From assembly GCA_944324465.1 (NCBI GenBank), contig CALUWI010000001.1, positions 33,023 to 97,022 of the forward strand: a stretch of DNA of 64,000 bases, read 5' to 3'. The notes under the pieces are model-generated. The model did no database searches. It was not told where the DNA came from and was given only the letters and a program-made list of their open reading frames with translations. Of the stretch, positions 1-10,769 are shown piece after piece. This DNA is from an uncultured Mucispirillum sp. GTDB taxonomy: Bacteria; Chrysiogenota; Deferribacteres; Deferribacterales; Mucispirillaceae. The translations under genes and the position numbers were made by a program. Position 1 is the stretch's first letter; every line of letters starts with the position of its first letter.

Positions 1-565
1 TTAAATATGGGTTAAAAAGTATTTTTTCGCCAATATTAACTGGATGAACTTGAAATTCTGCATCATAAGCAGGCACACCATGGCTCATCATATATTTTTT
101 ATTATGAATATCAGAATAATCTTTTACAGCAGAAAACACACCTTTATTTACAAGACTTCCTACTATAAAAAGCTCATTATTATAATAAAGCACAACTTCT
201 GCCCCTTTATACCCTAATGCTCTTTTTGAAAAATCTGCAGGAATAAGAACTACACCGTATATTTTGCCGCCGCGGATTAATCTCTCTGCCTTATCCATGC
301 TTGGCACTTTCTCTATAATATTAACATAGGGAGAAGCCTGTATAATGCCTGTTAATTCTAATGATAATGCACTGTTATCTTCATCTATCACTGCAATAGG
401 TATTTCTCTTATTACAGGATTAGAAAAAACACCTATTAAAATAGTGCATAAAATAACTGGAGTAATAAGGATAAAATAAAACAGTTTCCTGCGTGTATGC
501 AGCAGAAAATACCATTCTCTTTCAAAAAAATATTTTACAGTTTTAAAATATTCTAATAATCCCAT
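1..565 (-). CDS. ABC-2 type transporter permease (YbhS/YbhR-like), runs off left edge
   Basis: Manual translation from ATG at 565: MGLLEYFKTVKYFFEREW...NPVIREIPIAVIDEDNSALSLEL...YGVVLIPADFSK, open to position 1; directly follows the HlyD gene. Confidence 0.85.
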   Translation of the reverse strand, partial: MGLLEYFKTVKYFFEREWYFLLHTRRKLFYFILITPVILCTILIGVFSNPVIREIPIAVIDEDNSALSLELTGIIQASPYVNIIEKVPSMDKAERLIRGGKIYGVVLIPADFSKRALGYKGAEVVLYYNNELFIVGSLVNKGVFSAVKDYSDIHNKKYMMSHGVPAYDAEFQVHPVNIGEKILFNPYL

Positions 566-570
566 TTTTA

Positions 571-1557
571 TTACTTATGCTTTATATTAGAATAAAATAC
601 AGCAGTCATACCAGCTCTTAACCCTGGAATTTTATGCTGTGGATATGCTTTTACTTCAAATGTTTTTAAGTCAAAATCGGCACTTGTTTTTGTAGCACTC
701 CATACTGCATAGCTGCCTGCAGGAGCAATATATCTTACTTCTACAGGATATACCTGACTATCAGATAATGCAGGGATTTCCACATTTATAACTGTACCCA
801 TACGGATATCTTTTAATAAGTCTTCGCGGATATAAAAAGTAACCCATGTATCTTCTAAATCTACAAGAGTAATAACAGGAAAACCGGGAGTAACAAGCTC
901 GCCCTGTTCAACCACAACTGTTGATACTTCTCCGTCTATTGGTGAATAAAGTATTGTATCTTCAAGCAGTACCATTACTTCCTGCAGTACACCCTGAGCC
1001 TGTTCTTTTAATGCCTCTGCAGCTGTTTTATCTTCCGGTCTTGCACCAATTTTAGCCATTTCATAATTTGCTTTTGATGCTCTCACATCGTTTTGCAGCA
1101 CTTTCCATTGAGTTAATGCCTCATCTAAACTTTGAGTAGTAACAACACCATCATCATGCAGAGATTTTACTCTTGAATAAGTTTTAAAAGCATACTGTTC
1201 TGCTGCTACTGCTTTTTGATATACATTATAAAGAGCAGTAATTTCTTCCTGTCTTGCTCCATCATCTACTTTTTTCTGCTGAGCTTCTGCTGCTTTTACT
1301 GCTGCCACTGCCTGAGCTTCTTTTGCTTTTAAAGTAGGTGAATCAATAGTGGCTAAGACTTCGCCTTTTTTCACCTGCTGCCCCTCTATAATAGGAAGCG
1401 ATGCGATATTTCCAGGCACTTTAGCTGCCACCTGTACTTGTTTTGCATGAACTTCGCCTTGTATTGTTAATGGAACAGGTCTTGTTGCATACCATACACT
1501 AACTGCAATAATTGCACCTATTACAATAAAAGCAACGGAATAATAAATATATTTCAT
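571..1557 (-). CDS. HlyD family efflux membrane fusion protein
   Basis: N-terminal TM, VQVAAKVPGNIASLPIIEGQQVKKGEVLATID lipoyl-like half motif, coiled coil, SPIDGEVS..VEQGELV. Confidence 0.92.
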   Translation of the reverse strand: MKYIYYSVAFIVIGAIIAVSVWYATRPVPLTIQGEVHAKQVQVAAKVPGNIASLPIIEGQQVKKGEVLATIDSPTLKAKEAQAVAAVKAAEAQQKKVDDGARQEEITALYNVYQKAVAAEQYAFKTYSRVKSLHDDGVVTTQSLDEALTQWKVLQNDVRASKANYEMAKIGARPEDKTAAEALKEQAQGVLQEVMVLLEDTILYSPIDGEVSTVVVEQGELVTPGFPVITLVDLEDTWVTFYIREDLLKDIRMGTVINVEIPALSDSQVYPVEVRYIAPAGSYAVWSATKTSADFDLKTFEVKAYPQHKIPGLRAGMTAVFYSNIKHK

Positions 1558-1636
1558 AGAAGTTATCTCCTTGTAATTTTTTATTTAATTATTTAAAATA
1601 TACTATGCCAAAATAAATTTGGCTGCTGCTCTCCAA

Positions 1637-3043
1637 TTATTTAAGTCCTGGCTCAATAAATGCTTTTGCCCTGTATGATTCAAAGCTGTCAAACATACCA
1701 GATGTTGAAAGCATATTAATTAATGCCATATCAAATTTATAAGCAGCCTGTATTGCAGACATTTTTGAATTTGATAATGCAAGCTCTGCATCTACCACAT
1801 CTAAACTTGTAGCCATACCTTGATTAAAAGCTTTCTGCCTTGCTCTTAAATATTCTTCTGTAAAAGCAAGTGATTTAAGTGATGCTTCATAATCTGCTCT
1901 GGCATTTTCCATTGTTATATACTGCTGTTCAACAAGTGTTCTTATATCTTTTTCTGCCCTTGCTGCTAACAGTTTCGTACTTTCTTCTGTAGTTTTGCTT
2001 GCCTTTAACTGATGATAATTCTGCAGGCCGTCAAAAAGATTTAATGACATCTGCACTCCAACCATATAATCTGGTGAAATACTTGATAGCTGATAATCAT
2101 AAATATTTACCATACCAAAAGCATTTATTTTCGGAATAAATGATGATGTGCTGTTAATCACTCCTGCATGAGCAAGTTTTTTAGCAGTCTGCACCTGTTT
2201 TAATTTTGCATTAGTAGTAGAAGCCATATCCTGAAAATACATTAATGCTTCAATATCTTCTGCTTTTATAATAAACAGCGGTGTTGATGGAGTTATATTA
2301 TCATCATTGCTGCTAAGCATTGATTTAAGTGATGATTCTACAAGACGAGCCTCTCTGATAGATGTATCAAGTGATTTTTCTGCCTCAGATAATGCCATTT
2401 CTGCATGCAGTCTTTCCACTTTTGCAAGCATACCAGCTTTTTCCAGCTTTAATGCTTTATTATAATGTTCCTGCATAGAATTTCTTACATCCTGCTTTAA
2501 TGCAATAATATCCTTAATAAAGCGAAGTGTAAAATATTTTTCTGCCATAGCAATACCAAGTTCATCATGACGGATAGTTTTGCCATATTTTGCCATTTCT
2601 AAATTTGCACTGGCTGCCTTATTTGCTGCATATATTTTACCGCCAGTAAATACAGGCCAAATCATTGCAGCATTTAATGAAAAAAACTGGTCCTGCTGAA
2701 CTACCTGTTCCATAGATGATGGCAGGTTCAGTGGCGGAAGTGGAAGCGGCAAACTGCCTAATATGCCATTTAATGTATTATTAATAGGTGTTAAGTCCAC
2801 ATCCATAGTTAAATCATTACCAAAATAAGCATAAGCTGCATTTAAAGATATGCGTGGCGAATAAAGACCTAAAGCAGCCTTTTTCGCATATTCTTTCTGT
2901 TTATAATCAGCTTCTGCCTGTGCCATACCTTCATGTGTGCCGTAAAGGCTTTCCAAAGCCTGACTGAATGTTATATCTGCACCATAAGAATAAGTGCCTG
3001 ATACAAGCAGCATTAATATTAATAATATCTGGACTTTCTTCAT
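1637..3043 (-). CDS. TolC family outer membrane efflux protein
   Basis: Signal peptide, two TolC-like repeats, GMATSLDVVDAELAL motif; upstream of HlyD. Confidence 0.9.
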   Translation of the reverse strand: MKKVQILLILMLLVSGTYSYGADITFSQALESLYGTHEGMAQAEADYKQKEYAKKAALGLYSPRISLNAAYAYFGNDLTMDVDLTPINNTLNGILGSLPLPLPPLNLPSSMEQVVQQDQFFSLNAAMIWPVFTGGKIYAANKAASANLEMAKYGKTIRHDELGIAMAEKYFTLRFIKDIIALKQDVRNSMQEHYNKALKLEKAGMLAKVERLHAEMALSEAEKSLDTSIREARLVESSLKSMLSSNDDNITPSTPLFIIKAEDIEALMYFQDMASTTNAKLKQVQTAKKLAHAGVINSTSSFIPKINAFGMVNIYDYQLSSISPDYMVGVQMSLNLFDGLQNYHQLKASKTTEESTKLLAARAEKDIRTLVEQQYITMENARADYEASLKSLAFTEEYLRARQKAFNQGMATSLDVVDAELALSNSKMSAIQAAYKFDMALINMLSTSGMFDSFESYRAKAFIEPGLK

Positions 3044-3185
3044 ATATTCCTTACCATTAAAGTAATTTTTAATTCATATGAGATTTATTATATACTTTCC
3101 TGAATTTTTTTCTACTATTTTTTTGTTGATTACATAAACAATAAATATTATATTGTTTTATTATAGACACAAGGTATATTATTGT

Positions 3186-3728
3186 ATGATATCAGGTTTA
3201 AATTTCTTAGCAGTATTAGATGATAATTTCTTTAAAGATAAAATATTTGAAACAGCAGAAATGCTTGACGGCACTGCTGAAATTATATGGTTTAGATTTA
3301 AAGATTATACTAACATTCAAAATAAACTTATCAATATCAGAAAGACAGTAAAAAAAAGTATTCTTACATTAAGCAGTGATTATATGCTGGCAGAAAAGTA
3401 TGGCTTTGACGGTGTACATCTTAATAAAAATACTATTAATTATTATTATAATATTAAAAAAGATACAAAACTTATGGTAGGTTATTCAAGCCACTCTGCA
3501 GATGAAATTAATAAAATTAATGCTGATTATTATACATTAAGTCCTATTTTTTATACTCCAAAAGATTATGAAGTTACTCCATTAGGTATAATAGATTATA
3601 ATAAATCAAAAAAAGTATTTGCTCTCGGCGGTATTAATCTTGAAAATTTAGATAAAATAAAAGACCATTTCTACGGCTTTGCAGGTATAAGAATAATTAA
3701 TGATATAATAAAACATTATAATTTATAA
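3186..3728 (+). CDS. Thiamine-phosphate synthase / TenI family protein
   Basis: GFDGVHL, VGYSSHS, DYYTLSPIFYT, VFALGGI motifs; ATG at 3186 preferred over the ORF-track TTG at 3153. Confidence 0.8.
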   Translation: MISGLNFLAVLDDNFFKDKIFETAEMLDGTAEIIWFRFKDYTNIQNKLINIRKTVKKSILTLSSDYMLAEKYGFDGVHLNKNTINYYYNIKKDTKLMVGYSSHSADEINKINADYYTLSPIFYTPKDYEVTPLGIIDYNKSKKVFALGGINLENLDKIKDHFYGFAGIRIINDIIKHYNL

Positions 3729-3784
3729 AACATAAATCAACTATTGCTTATTCCAAAGGTGTATTATATTTGAAACAGCTTTAA

Positions 3785-5815
3785 CTATTTACTAATTTTA
3801 ATCATATAAGATTTGAATATATCTTCATTCATAAAATCATCATCTATTTTACCATTTTCACATTTCCATATTTGCCAGTTATCTCCATTTTGAATTGGCA
3901 GATAAAAAATATAACCCGTCATCTTGCTGGCATAAACATATGCTTTTTTTATTTTTTCTATCTTTTCCTTATAAAATTCATCATCTAAATCATAAGATGA
4001 ACTTTTATTTACACTTTTTACTTCAAATATATGCACTTTATCTTTTTTATCTTTAAAAATAAAATCTGGATAGCTTGTATGTTTTCTAGTATGGTAATAA
4101 TCATATTTAATGTTTGATTTATCTATAAAATTCTTACCAAATAAATATACTCTTTCCGCCTCTATTTCAATAAACTTACAACATTTTTTTCTTAATCCAT
4201 TTAATATCTTGAAAAATGATTTTTCTGCATCGCTGTCAAAACTATATTCTTCATCATCTGTATACCATATCCAATCATCTACTGTTACAGTATGTCCATT
4301 ATCGTAAAAATAACTATCATAATCTTGTCTAAAATTATATTCCTCTTTTATCATGCCATATTTTTCATAATCTTCTACTGTTGTCATTATTTTTTCTTTT
4401 ATTTTATTTAGATTAAGCATAAATTCAAACCATTTATTGTAATCTGTAACATATTCATAATATTTATCTTTTACTTTATCATTAATTTTATTAAGTTCTT
4501 TATACATATTAAAAATTGATTTATTAGAATATGCTGTTTTATCTGCAACTATACAATCCAATATATCTATATTACTTAAAGGGACTTCTTCTAGTTCAAT
4601 AATTTTGAAGGGTCTAAATTCTTTTACTATTTCATTACCTGCAATAAAATTTATCCCTCGTAATTTTGTTATTACTTTTTTCTTAATATTTTCCTGCGGT
4701 TTAATACCATAAACATAGGCTTTGCTAAAAATATTTTGTTCAATTGGGTTTAATTTTTCAAAATAAGTAAGACATGGATTTCTTCTAACTCTGCCTATTA
4801 CCTGTTCATCTAACTGTTTTGATTTAGAATCTCTTACTTGGTAAAGCATACATGCTCTTGGCATATCAAAACCTTCTGTTATTACCATTTTAAATATGAC
4901 TACATCTATAAAAGAATTATTTTCTTTTACATAATTATACCATTGATTTTTATTTTTCATTTTTTGTAGATTACTGTTAGTCTTATAACCGCTTGTCTTA
5001 TCTATATCAGAAAAATATACCCAGTTTAAACTTTTACTCTCAACAATTTTTGTTATTATATTAATCTCTTCTTCTGCCTTATTCTTATTTGATATTTGTA
5101 TTATAAATGCTGGATTTATTCCGCTATTATGATAAATTTCTCTTATTTCCTTGAATTTATTTAAAGCATTATTCAAATCTTCTTTTAATTCAGTATCAAA
5201 ATTTATATATTCAACATCTTTTATTAAATTAACACTTACTGCCTCATCTTCTGTGATTACAACATCATATTCATCATTTACAGGTGTAGCAGAAAAATTA
5301 ATAGTTTGATAAAAATAATCTGATATTTTTTTAAGGTTATTTGTAGCAATATGACATTCATCTCTTACTAAAATTATTTTCTTTTTCTTTTTTAAACAAT
5401 TATCTAAAAAATTTTGTAAAACTCTTTCTTTATATACCCTGCTGTTTTCTGTATACTGGCTTGTTGGAAGAACAAATATATTACATGTATCATCAATATA
5501 TAAGCTGTATTCTGTATTTTTAGTATTTTCATTACCACTGCTGATATAATAAGGTCTTAATTTTGTATATTTATTTAATGCTAAATCATCAAATTTATTA
5601 TAACTTTGTCTGGCAAGTTTTCCTTTTGATAAGATAGATACTACAAAAATAATATTTTCATCATCTGCTATCATCTTATTCATAAGATTAGCCATTATAT
5701 GAGTTTTACCACTTCCAGTAGGTGCTTTTACAGTAATTGATTTATTACCTTTTTTTGCAAGATTAAAAATAGATCTAACTGTCCTTTCCTGCAATTCTAT
5801 TATTTCACTTTTCAT
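3785..5815 (-). CDS. res: Type III restriction enzyme Res subunit (SF2 helicase + PD-(D/E)xK nuclease)
   Basis: APTGSGKT Walker A, RDECH, FSATP, ITEGFD, QVIGRVRR, C-terminal YPDFIFKD...IFEVKS; overlaps the mod stop. Confidence 0.88.
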   Translation of the reverse strand: MKSEIIELQERTVRSIFNLAKKGNKSITVKAPTGSGKTHIMANLMNKMIADDENIIFVVSILSKGKLARQSYNKFDDLALNKYTKLRPYYISSGNENTKNTEYSLYIDDTCNIFVLPTSQYTENSRVYKERVLQNFLDNCLKKKKKIILVRDECHIATNNLKKISDYFYQTINFSATPVNDEYDVVITEDEAVSVNLIKDVEYINFDTELKEDLNNALNKFKEIREIYHNSGINPAFIIQISNKNKAEEEINIITKIVESKSLNWVYFSDIDKTSGYKTNSNLQKMKNKNQWYNYVKENNSFIDVVIFKMVITEGFDMPRACMLYQVRDSKSKQLDEQVIGRVRRNPCLTYFEKLNPIEQNIFSKAYVYGIKPQENIKKKVITKLRGINFIAGNEIVKEFRPFKIIELEEVPLSNIDILDCIVADKTAYSNKSIFNMYKELNKINDKVKDKYYEYVTDYNKWFEFMLNLNKIKEKIMTTVEDYEKYGMIKEEYNFRQDYDSYFYDNGHTVTVDDWIWYTDDEEYSFDSDAEKSFFKILNGLRKKCCKFIEIEAERVYLFGKNFIDKSNIKYDYYHTRKHTSYPDFIFKDKKDKVHIFEVKSVNKSSSYDLDDEFYKEKIEKIKKAYVYASKMTGYIFYLPIQNGDNWQIWKCENGKIDDDFMNEDIFKSYMIKISK

Positions 5816-7443
5816 TATCAGCTACCCAGCCATTTCTTTTTTTATATTCTTCATCGCTCTCTACTTTCCTGCAGGTTATTTCAAACTCACTGCATATCCA
5901 GTCTATTTTATCATGGATATTGCCTTTAAAATCTTTATTATATAATTTTTCATCTATTTCATTAAATATATGTTGGCTGTCTGTTGATTTTTGTTTTATT
6001 TCAGTTACTTCTAAACCATCTCCATAAGGTTTATTTTTTTCTAACCATTTAAAATTATCTGTGCCGTCATAACAAGAGCCAGTCATTACTCTTTTTAATC
6101 TTTTAGAAGTAACATCATAAGCTATACCATTTGGGTTAATTTCTGTTTTTTCATTATTTGTAACTAAAATAAACTGCCTTTTACCACCATCTTCTCTATT
6201 TAGCTCCATTACTGCATGCCCTGTGGTGCCACTTCCTGCAAAAAAATCTAGGATAATATCTTGTTCGCTAGTATCTATACTTGGGGAAGTAGAAATTTTT
6301 AGTAAATGTTTAATAAGTTCAATAGGTTTAGGTGTGTCAAAAACTTTTTGATTATTAAATATAGATAAAATTTCTTTTGTAGAATCTGTGGATGTTCCGT
6401 ATTCTGTAAAAAGTGTTCGTGTTTTTATTATTTTTTCTTTTCCTTTCATTTCATCAAAATATATTACTTCATAAGGTGTTAATCTGCTTTTAGAATCTTC
6501 TTGCCAAAATATATGTTCATCATCTAATGTTTGAGGTTTTTTTCTCCAACAACCATCTGCCCCATTTGGTGCTACAGGAAAAAAGTCATTTCCATTTGGA
6601 TCTTTTATAGGATAATAAAGTGTAGGTCTATCGGTTCTCAAAGAGTGATTTCCCCATTTTTCAAGCTTTAAAATTTTTGCTTTTTTACCGTTTATAATTC
6701 TATTAAAATCGTTTTCACGATACTCTTCCGTAATATCGTTTATATCCCAATCTAATTTTTGATAGCATAATATATACTCGTGTTCTTTTGCAAAGTATTC
6801 TGAATCTTGACTGCCACCTTTTTTCTTTTGCCATATCAAACTAGCCACAAAATTCCTTTCCCCAAACACTTCATCAAATAAGCATTTTACATATGCCTGA
6901 TTTCTGTCATCTATACTGCAAAATATTACTCCGTCATCTCTTAACAATTGTTTTGCAAGCATAAGTCGTGGATAAAGCATAGATAAAAGGTTATCTCTTG
7001 TTATAGCATTATCATAATTAGTTTTTGCAAATTCGCCTAAGTGGTCCTTTCCATAAGGTGGGTCAATGTAGATTACTTTGATTTTTCTTTTATAGGATAT
7101 TAATAAATTTAATAGAGCTGGATAGTTATCACCAATAATCAGCTTATGAGTTTCCCCCCCCCCTATCAGCACAATTAAAACTTAAATCACTATTATATTT
7201 TAAATAATTTATAGTTTTACCGTCATTTTTTTCAAGCCTGACATCAAAATGAAAACCTGTCCTTTTATATGTTGTGCCTAATATTGATAGTTTTAAAACA
7301 TCATCTTTTGTATCAGCATTATTAATTAATTTAATTAAAAATTCTGCATTTTCTGTTTCAAGAATACCATCGTTTTTTCGTTTTTCTATTTCGTTTATTA
7401 TTTCTTCTTTAAACTCATTCAATGTTAAATCGTTATTATTCAT
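5805..7443 (-). pseudogene. mod: Type III Mod adenine methyltransferase split by a frameshift at a G10 tract (phase-variable, OFF state as assembled)
   Basis: ORFs 7144..7443 (ends DRGGGNS*) and 5805..7172 (GGGETHKLIIGDN, IYIDPPY, DFFAGSGTT) join in frame if the tract is G9 or G12; G9 gives 545 aa. Confidence 0.9.
7154..7163 (-). repeat. G10 homopolymer (C10 on + strand) inside mod
   Basis: tttCCCCCCCCCCtatcagc at 7151-7170. Confidence 0.95.
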
Positions 7444-7471
7444 ATTTCCACCTAATTTTGTATTATATACA

Positions 7472-8092
7472 CTAATTTTTAAGCCTTAAAATACTTAATC
7501 CCAGAGTTATAAATATTATCCCTGCGATTTTATTTAAATAATATGAAAATTTAGACTGCCTTAATGTGTTTGATATTCTAGCTGATGCCCACACTAAAAA
7601 CAAGCTCCATAATGAGCCTATGAAAATAAATGTAAAACCTAATATTAAAAAAGGAACTGGACTTTCAGCATTGCTTTTTACAAACTGGGGAAGAAGTGCT
7701 AAAAAGAAAAGTGCCACTTTTGGATTAAGAAGGTTTGTAAAAAGACCCTGCCTGAATACTAAAAAAAATGATGATGATGCATTTTCTTTATTAATATTGA
7801 TACTTGATTTTGATTTTAAAGCCATAATACCAAGATATATTAAATATGCTGCACCTGCAATTTTTACAATATTAAATAAAAGTGCAGATGTCATTAATAT
7901 TACAGAAAGACCAAAAGCCGCTAAAGTTGTATGCACAAATAAGCCGCACACAATACCTGCAACTGATGCAATACCCTGCCTGTATCCACCTGCTATTGAT
8001 TTTGTTAATATAAAAACAGTATCTGCTCCCGGTGTTAGTGAAAGCATAATTACCGCTAATATAAAGCCATAGTAATTTGTAATATCTGCCAT
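7472..8092 (-). CDS. LysE/RhtB family amino acid exporter
   Basis: SLTPGADT, GAAYLIYLG, GLFTNLLNPKVALFF motifs. Confidence 0.92.
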   Translation of the reverse strand: MADITNYYGFILAVIMLSLTPGADTVFILTKSIAGGYRQGIASVAGIVCGLFVHTTLAAFGLSVILMTSALLFNIVKIAGAAYLIYLGIMALKSKSSININKENASSSFFLVFRQGLFTNLLNPKVALFFLALLPQFVKSNAESPVPFLILGFTFIFIGSLWSLFLVWASARISNTLRQSKFSYYLNKIAGIIFITLGLSILRLKN

Positions 8093-8109
8093 GTTACTGC
8101 TCCAATCAA

Positions 8110-9309
8110 TTATTGAACTAAAGAGTTCATAGAGAAAAGCGGCTGCATAATAGATACAACAATAAAACCTACAAGCACACCAATAATAACAATAAATATG
8201 GGCTCAATAGCTGAAATAAATGATGTTAAAAACTTATCAACATTTTTAGAGTAAAATTCATTAACACGCTCTAAAAGTTCAGGCATATTGCCGGAAGATT
8301 CACCAGTTGAAACAGCTGCAGGAAAAAGCTCTGGGAAAATACCTGCATTTCTAACTGCAACAGAAAATTTTGTACCAGCCTGTACCGCTTCCCTTACTTG
8401 AGATACTATATCAAACATATATTTATTATCAATAACAAGAGAAGCATAATGCAGAGCATCTGTTAATGGCAGCCCTTCTTTTAACTGAAATGATAATACA
8501 TGGGCAAATTTAGATACAGATACATGTGATACAAGATTTATTTTAAACAGCTTTTTATCCACTGCAAGTCTGAATTTGTTATTATTTTTATAAAGGTATC
8601 TTAAAGTAAATATAATAAACATTATAAAAAGCAGCAGAACAAGACCATATTCGCTTACAAAATCAGAAACTTTTAATAAAAACTGAGTAGATGCTGGTAT
8701 CTGCTGTTTCATTGATGCAAAAATAGATTCCATTTTAGGCACAACAAAGGCAAGTAAAAACCCAAGTACTGCAAATCCCATAACAAGTATTGTCATAGGA
8801 TAAACCATAGCTGTTTTTATTTTATCTGTATTTTTTCGCTTATCTTCTTCATATACTGCAATATCTGCTAAAACGGCAGCCAGCTTGCCCACCTGTTCTG
8901 ATGCTTTTATAAGGTTTACATACATTGGTTCAAAGATTTTCGGATATTTTGAAAGACTGTCTGAAAACCGCATACCTTCAGAAACTTTTGATGCAGATTC
9001 TAATAAAGTATTTTTTAAATGCTGTTCTTTTGTACTTTTGGCAACAATTTTTAATGCTTCTACAAGTGGTATACCGCTTCTTAAAAGCAGAGAAAGCTGA
9101 AAAAATGTGTCTGATAAATTAAGTTTTTTAGCAAATGCTTCCTGCAGTTTTGCAAAAAACGGCTGTTTTTCCCTCATATCAGAAATAGAAGAAACAAATA
9201 TCCCTTCTGATAAAAGTTCACTTGTTAGTGCCTGTCTGCTTACTGCTTCACGGACACCTTTTACTTCTTTTCCTGTTTTAGATATACCTTTATAGCTGTA
9301 TGCTGCCAT
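8110..9309 (-). CDS. gspF: Type II secretion inner membrane platform protein F
   Basis: LLRSGIPLVEAL, ASEQVGKL, YP, GESSGNM, IEPIFIV motifs; follows gspE. Confidence 0.92.
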   Translation of the reverse strand: MAAYSYKGISKTGKEVKGVREAVSRQALTSELLSEGIFVSSISDMREKQPFFAKLQEAFAKKLNLSDTFFQLSLLLRSGIPLVEALKIVAKSTKEQHLKNTLLESASKVSEGMRFSDSLSKYPKIFEPMYVNLIKASEQVGKLAAVLADIAVYEEDKRKNTDKIKTAMVYPMTILVMGFAVLGFLLAFVVPKMESIFASMKQQIPASTQFLLKVSDFVSEYGLVLLLFIMFIIFTLRYLYKNNNKFRLAVDKKLFKINLVSHVSVSKFAHVLSFQLKEGLPLTDALHYASLVIDNKYMFDIVSQVREAVQAGTKFSVAVRNAGIFPELFPAAVSTGESSGNMPELLERVNEFYSKNVDKFLTSFISAIEPIFIVIIGVLVGFIVVSIMQPLFSMNSLVQ

Positions 9310-10766
9310 TAATCAACCTTTGTAACAGAAAGCACTTCTGATGGTGTTGTTATGCCTTTTTTCACAAGCTCTGCACCATATTCAAACATAGTGCGGAAAC
9401 CTTCTTTCCGTGCTGCTTCTTTTATATCATAGCTTGATGCTCTTTTATTTATCAAACTTCTTAAACTGTCAGTGATTTCAAGCATTTCAAATATACCTAT
9501 CCTGCCTCTGTAACCTGTATTAAAGCAGTTAGGGCAGCCTTTGCCTTTTATATAGCTGTTTAATTCTAAACCTGCTCTAGCAAAAGTAGATTTTATATAA
9601 TCATCTGCCTGCACTTCTTCCTGACAGTGTGGACAAATTTTTCTAACTAACCTTTGACCTATTACAATAGCAAGGGAAGAAGATATTAAAAATGGCTCTA
9701 CTTCCATTTCTATAAGCCTTGCAATAGCTGTTGGCGAGTCGTTTGTATGCAGTGTAGATAAAACTAAGTGACCAGTTAATGATGCCTGAATAGCTGCTTC
9801 TGCTGTTTCATTATCACGAATTTCACCAACTAATATAATATCAGGGTCCTGCCTTAAAAATGTTTTAATTGCAGCGGCAAAAGTTAAGTTTACAGCTGGA
9901 TTCATCTGCACTTGTGTTACATTATCAATATGATATTCAACAGGGTCTTCTATTGTAACTACATTTTTATTATCCCTGTTCATTGCAAGAAGAGATGCAT
10001 AAAGAGTTGTTGTTTTACCACTTCCTGTTGGACCTGTAACCAGTATAATACCATTTGGTTTATCAAGATACGGGCGGAATTTATCATAAAGCTCACCGTC
10101 TAAACCTATCTGCTGCAGAGATGTAAAATCTGAAGAACGCTCTAATATACGAAGAACGGCTTTTTCACCGTTAATAGATGGCATTGTAGATACACGAATA
10201 TCTATAACACGGTTACCGATTTTTAAGTTAATCCTGCCGTCCTGTGCTCGTCTTGTTTCTGCCACATCAAGCTGACCTATAACTTTTATACGGGCAAGTA
10301 TTGGGTCATGAACGCTTTTAGGATATGTTTTTAATGTATTTAAACAGCCATCCACTCTAATACGGATTAAAAAAGCACCATCTCTGCCTTCAAAGTGAAT
10401 ATCACTGGCACCATTTTTTACGGCACTGATAATAATTTGATTTACAAGCCTGATAACAGGTGCATCATCATAAGATGAAGTTAAAATATTTGCATCATCT
10501 TCTAATTCATCATTTTCATCATCTGAGCCCATATCATCTACTTCACCGCCAAAGCTCTCAAGTATTTCTAATATATGCCTTTTTTCTGTATATTCATAAT
10601 CTGGATTAATACCAAGAGAAAAACTCATAAATTTTGCTTTCTGCAGTCCTGCATCATCAGCATAATAAAATTTGATATCCCCATTATCTGCACTAACAGG
10701 GACAAAATCACTTTTATCTGGAAATTTCATATACTGAGATTTTACACTGTCAAAATCCATGCTCAT
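9309..10766 (-). CDS. gspE: Type II secretion ATPase E
   Basis: ASDIHFE, GPTGSGKTTTLY, TIEDPVE, LRQDPDIILVGEIRD, CPHC...CPNC zinc motif. Confidence 0.95.
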   Translation of the reverse strand: MSMDFDSVKSQYMKFPDKSDFVPVSADNGDIKFYYADDAGLQKAKFMSFSLGINPDYEYTEKRHILEILESFGGEVDDMGSDDENDELEDDANILTSSYDDAPVIRLVNQIIISAVKNGASDIHFEGRDGAFLIRIRVDGCLNTLKTYPKSVHDPILARIKVIGQLDVAETRRAQDGRINLKIGNRVIDIRVSTMPSINGEKAVLRILERSSDFTSLQQIGLDGELYDKFRPYLDKPNGIILVTGPTGSGKTTTLYASLLAMNRDNKNVVTIEDPVEYHIDNVTQVQMNPAVNLTFAAAIKTFLRQDPDIILVGEIRDNETAEAAIQASLTGHLVLSTLHTNDSPTAIARLIEMEVEPFLISSSLAIVIGQRLVRKICPHCQEEVQADDYIKSTFARAGLELNSYIKGKGCPNCFNTGYRGRIGIFEMLEITDSLRSLINKRASSYDIKEAARKEGFRTMFEYGAELVKKGITTPSEVLSVTKVD

Positions 10767-10769
10767 ATA

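Noticed and set aside
7566-8072. 168-aa plus-strand ORF
   Set aside because: Antisense shadow of the well-supported lysE gene; no recognisable motifs.
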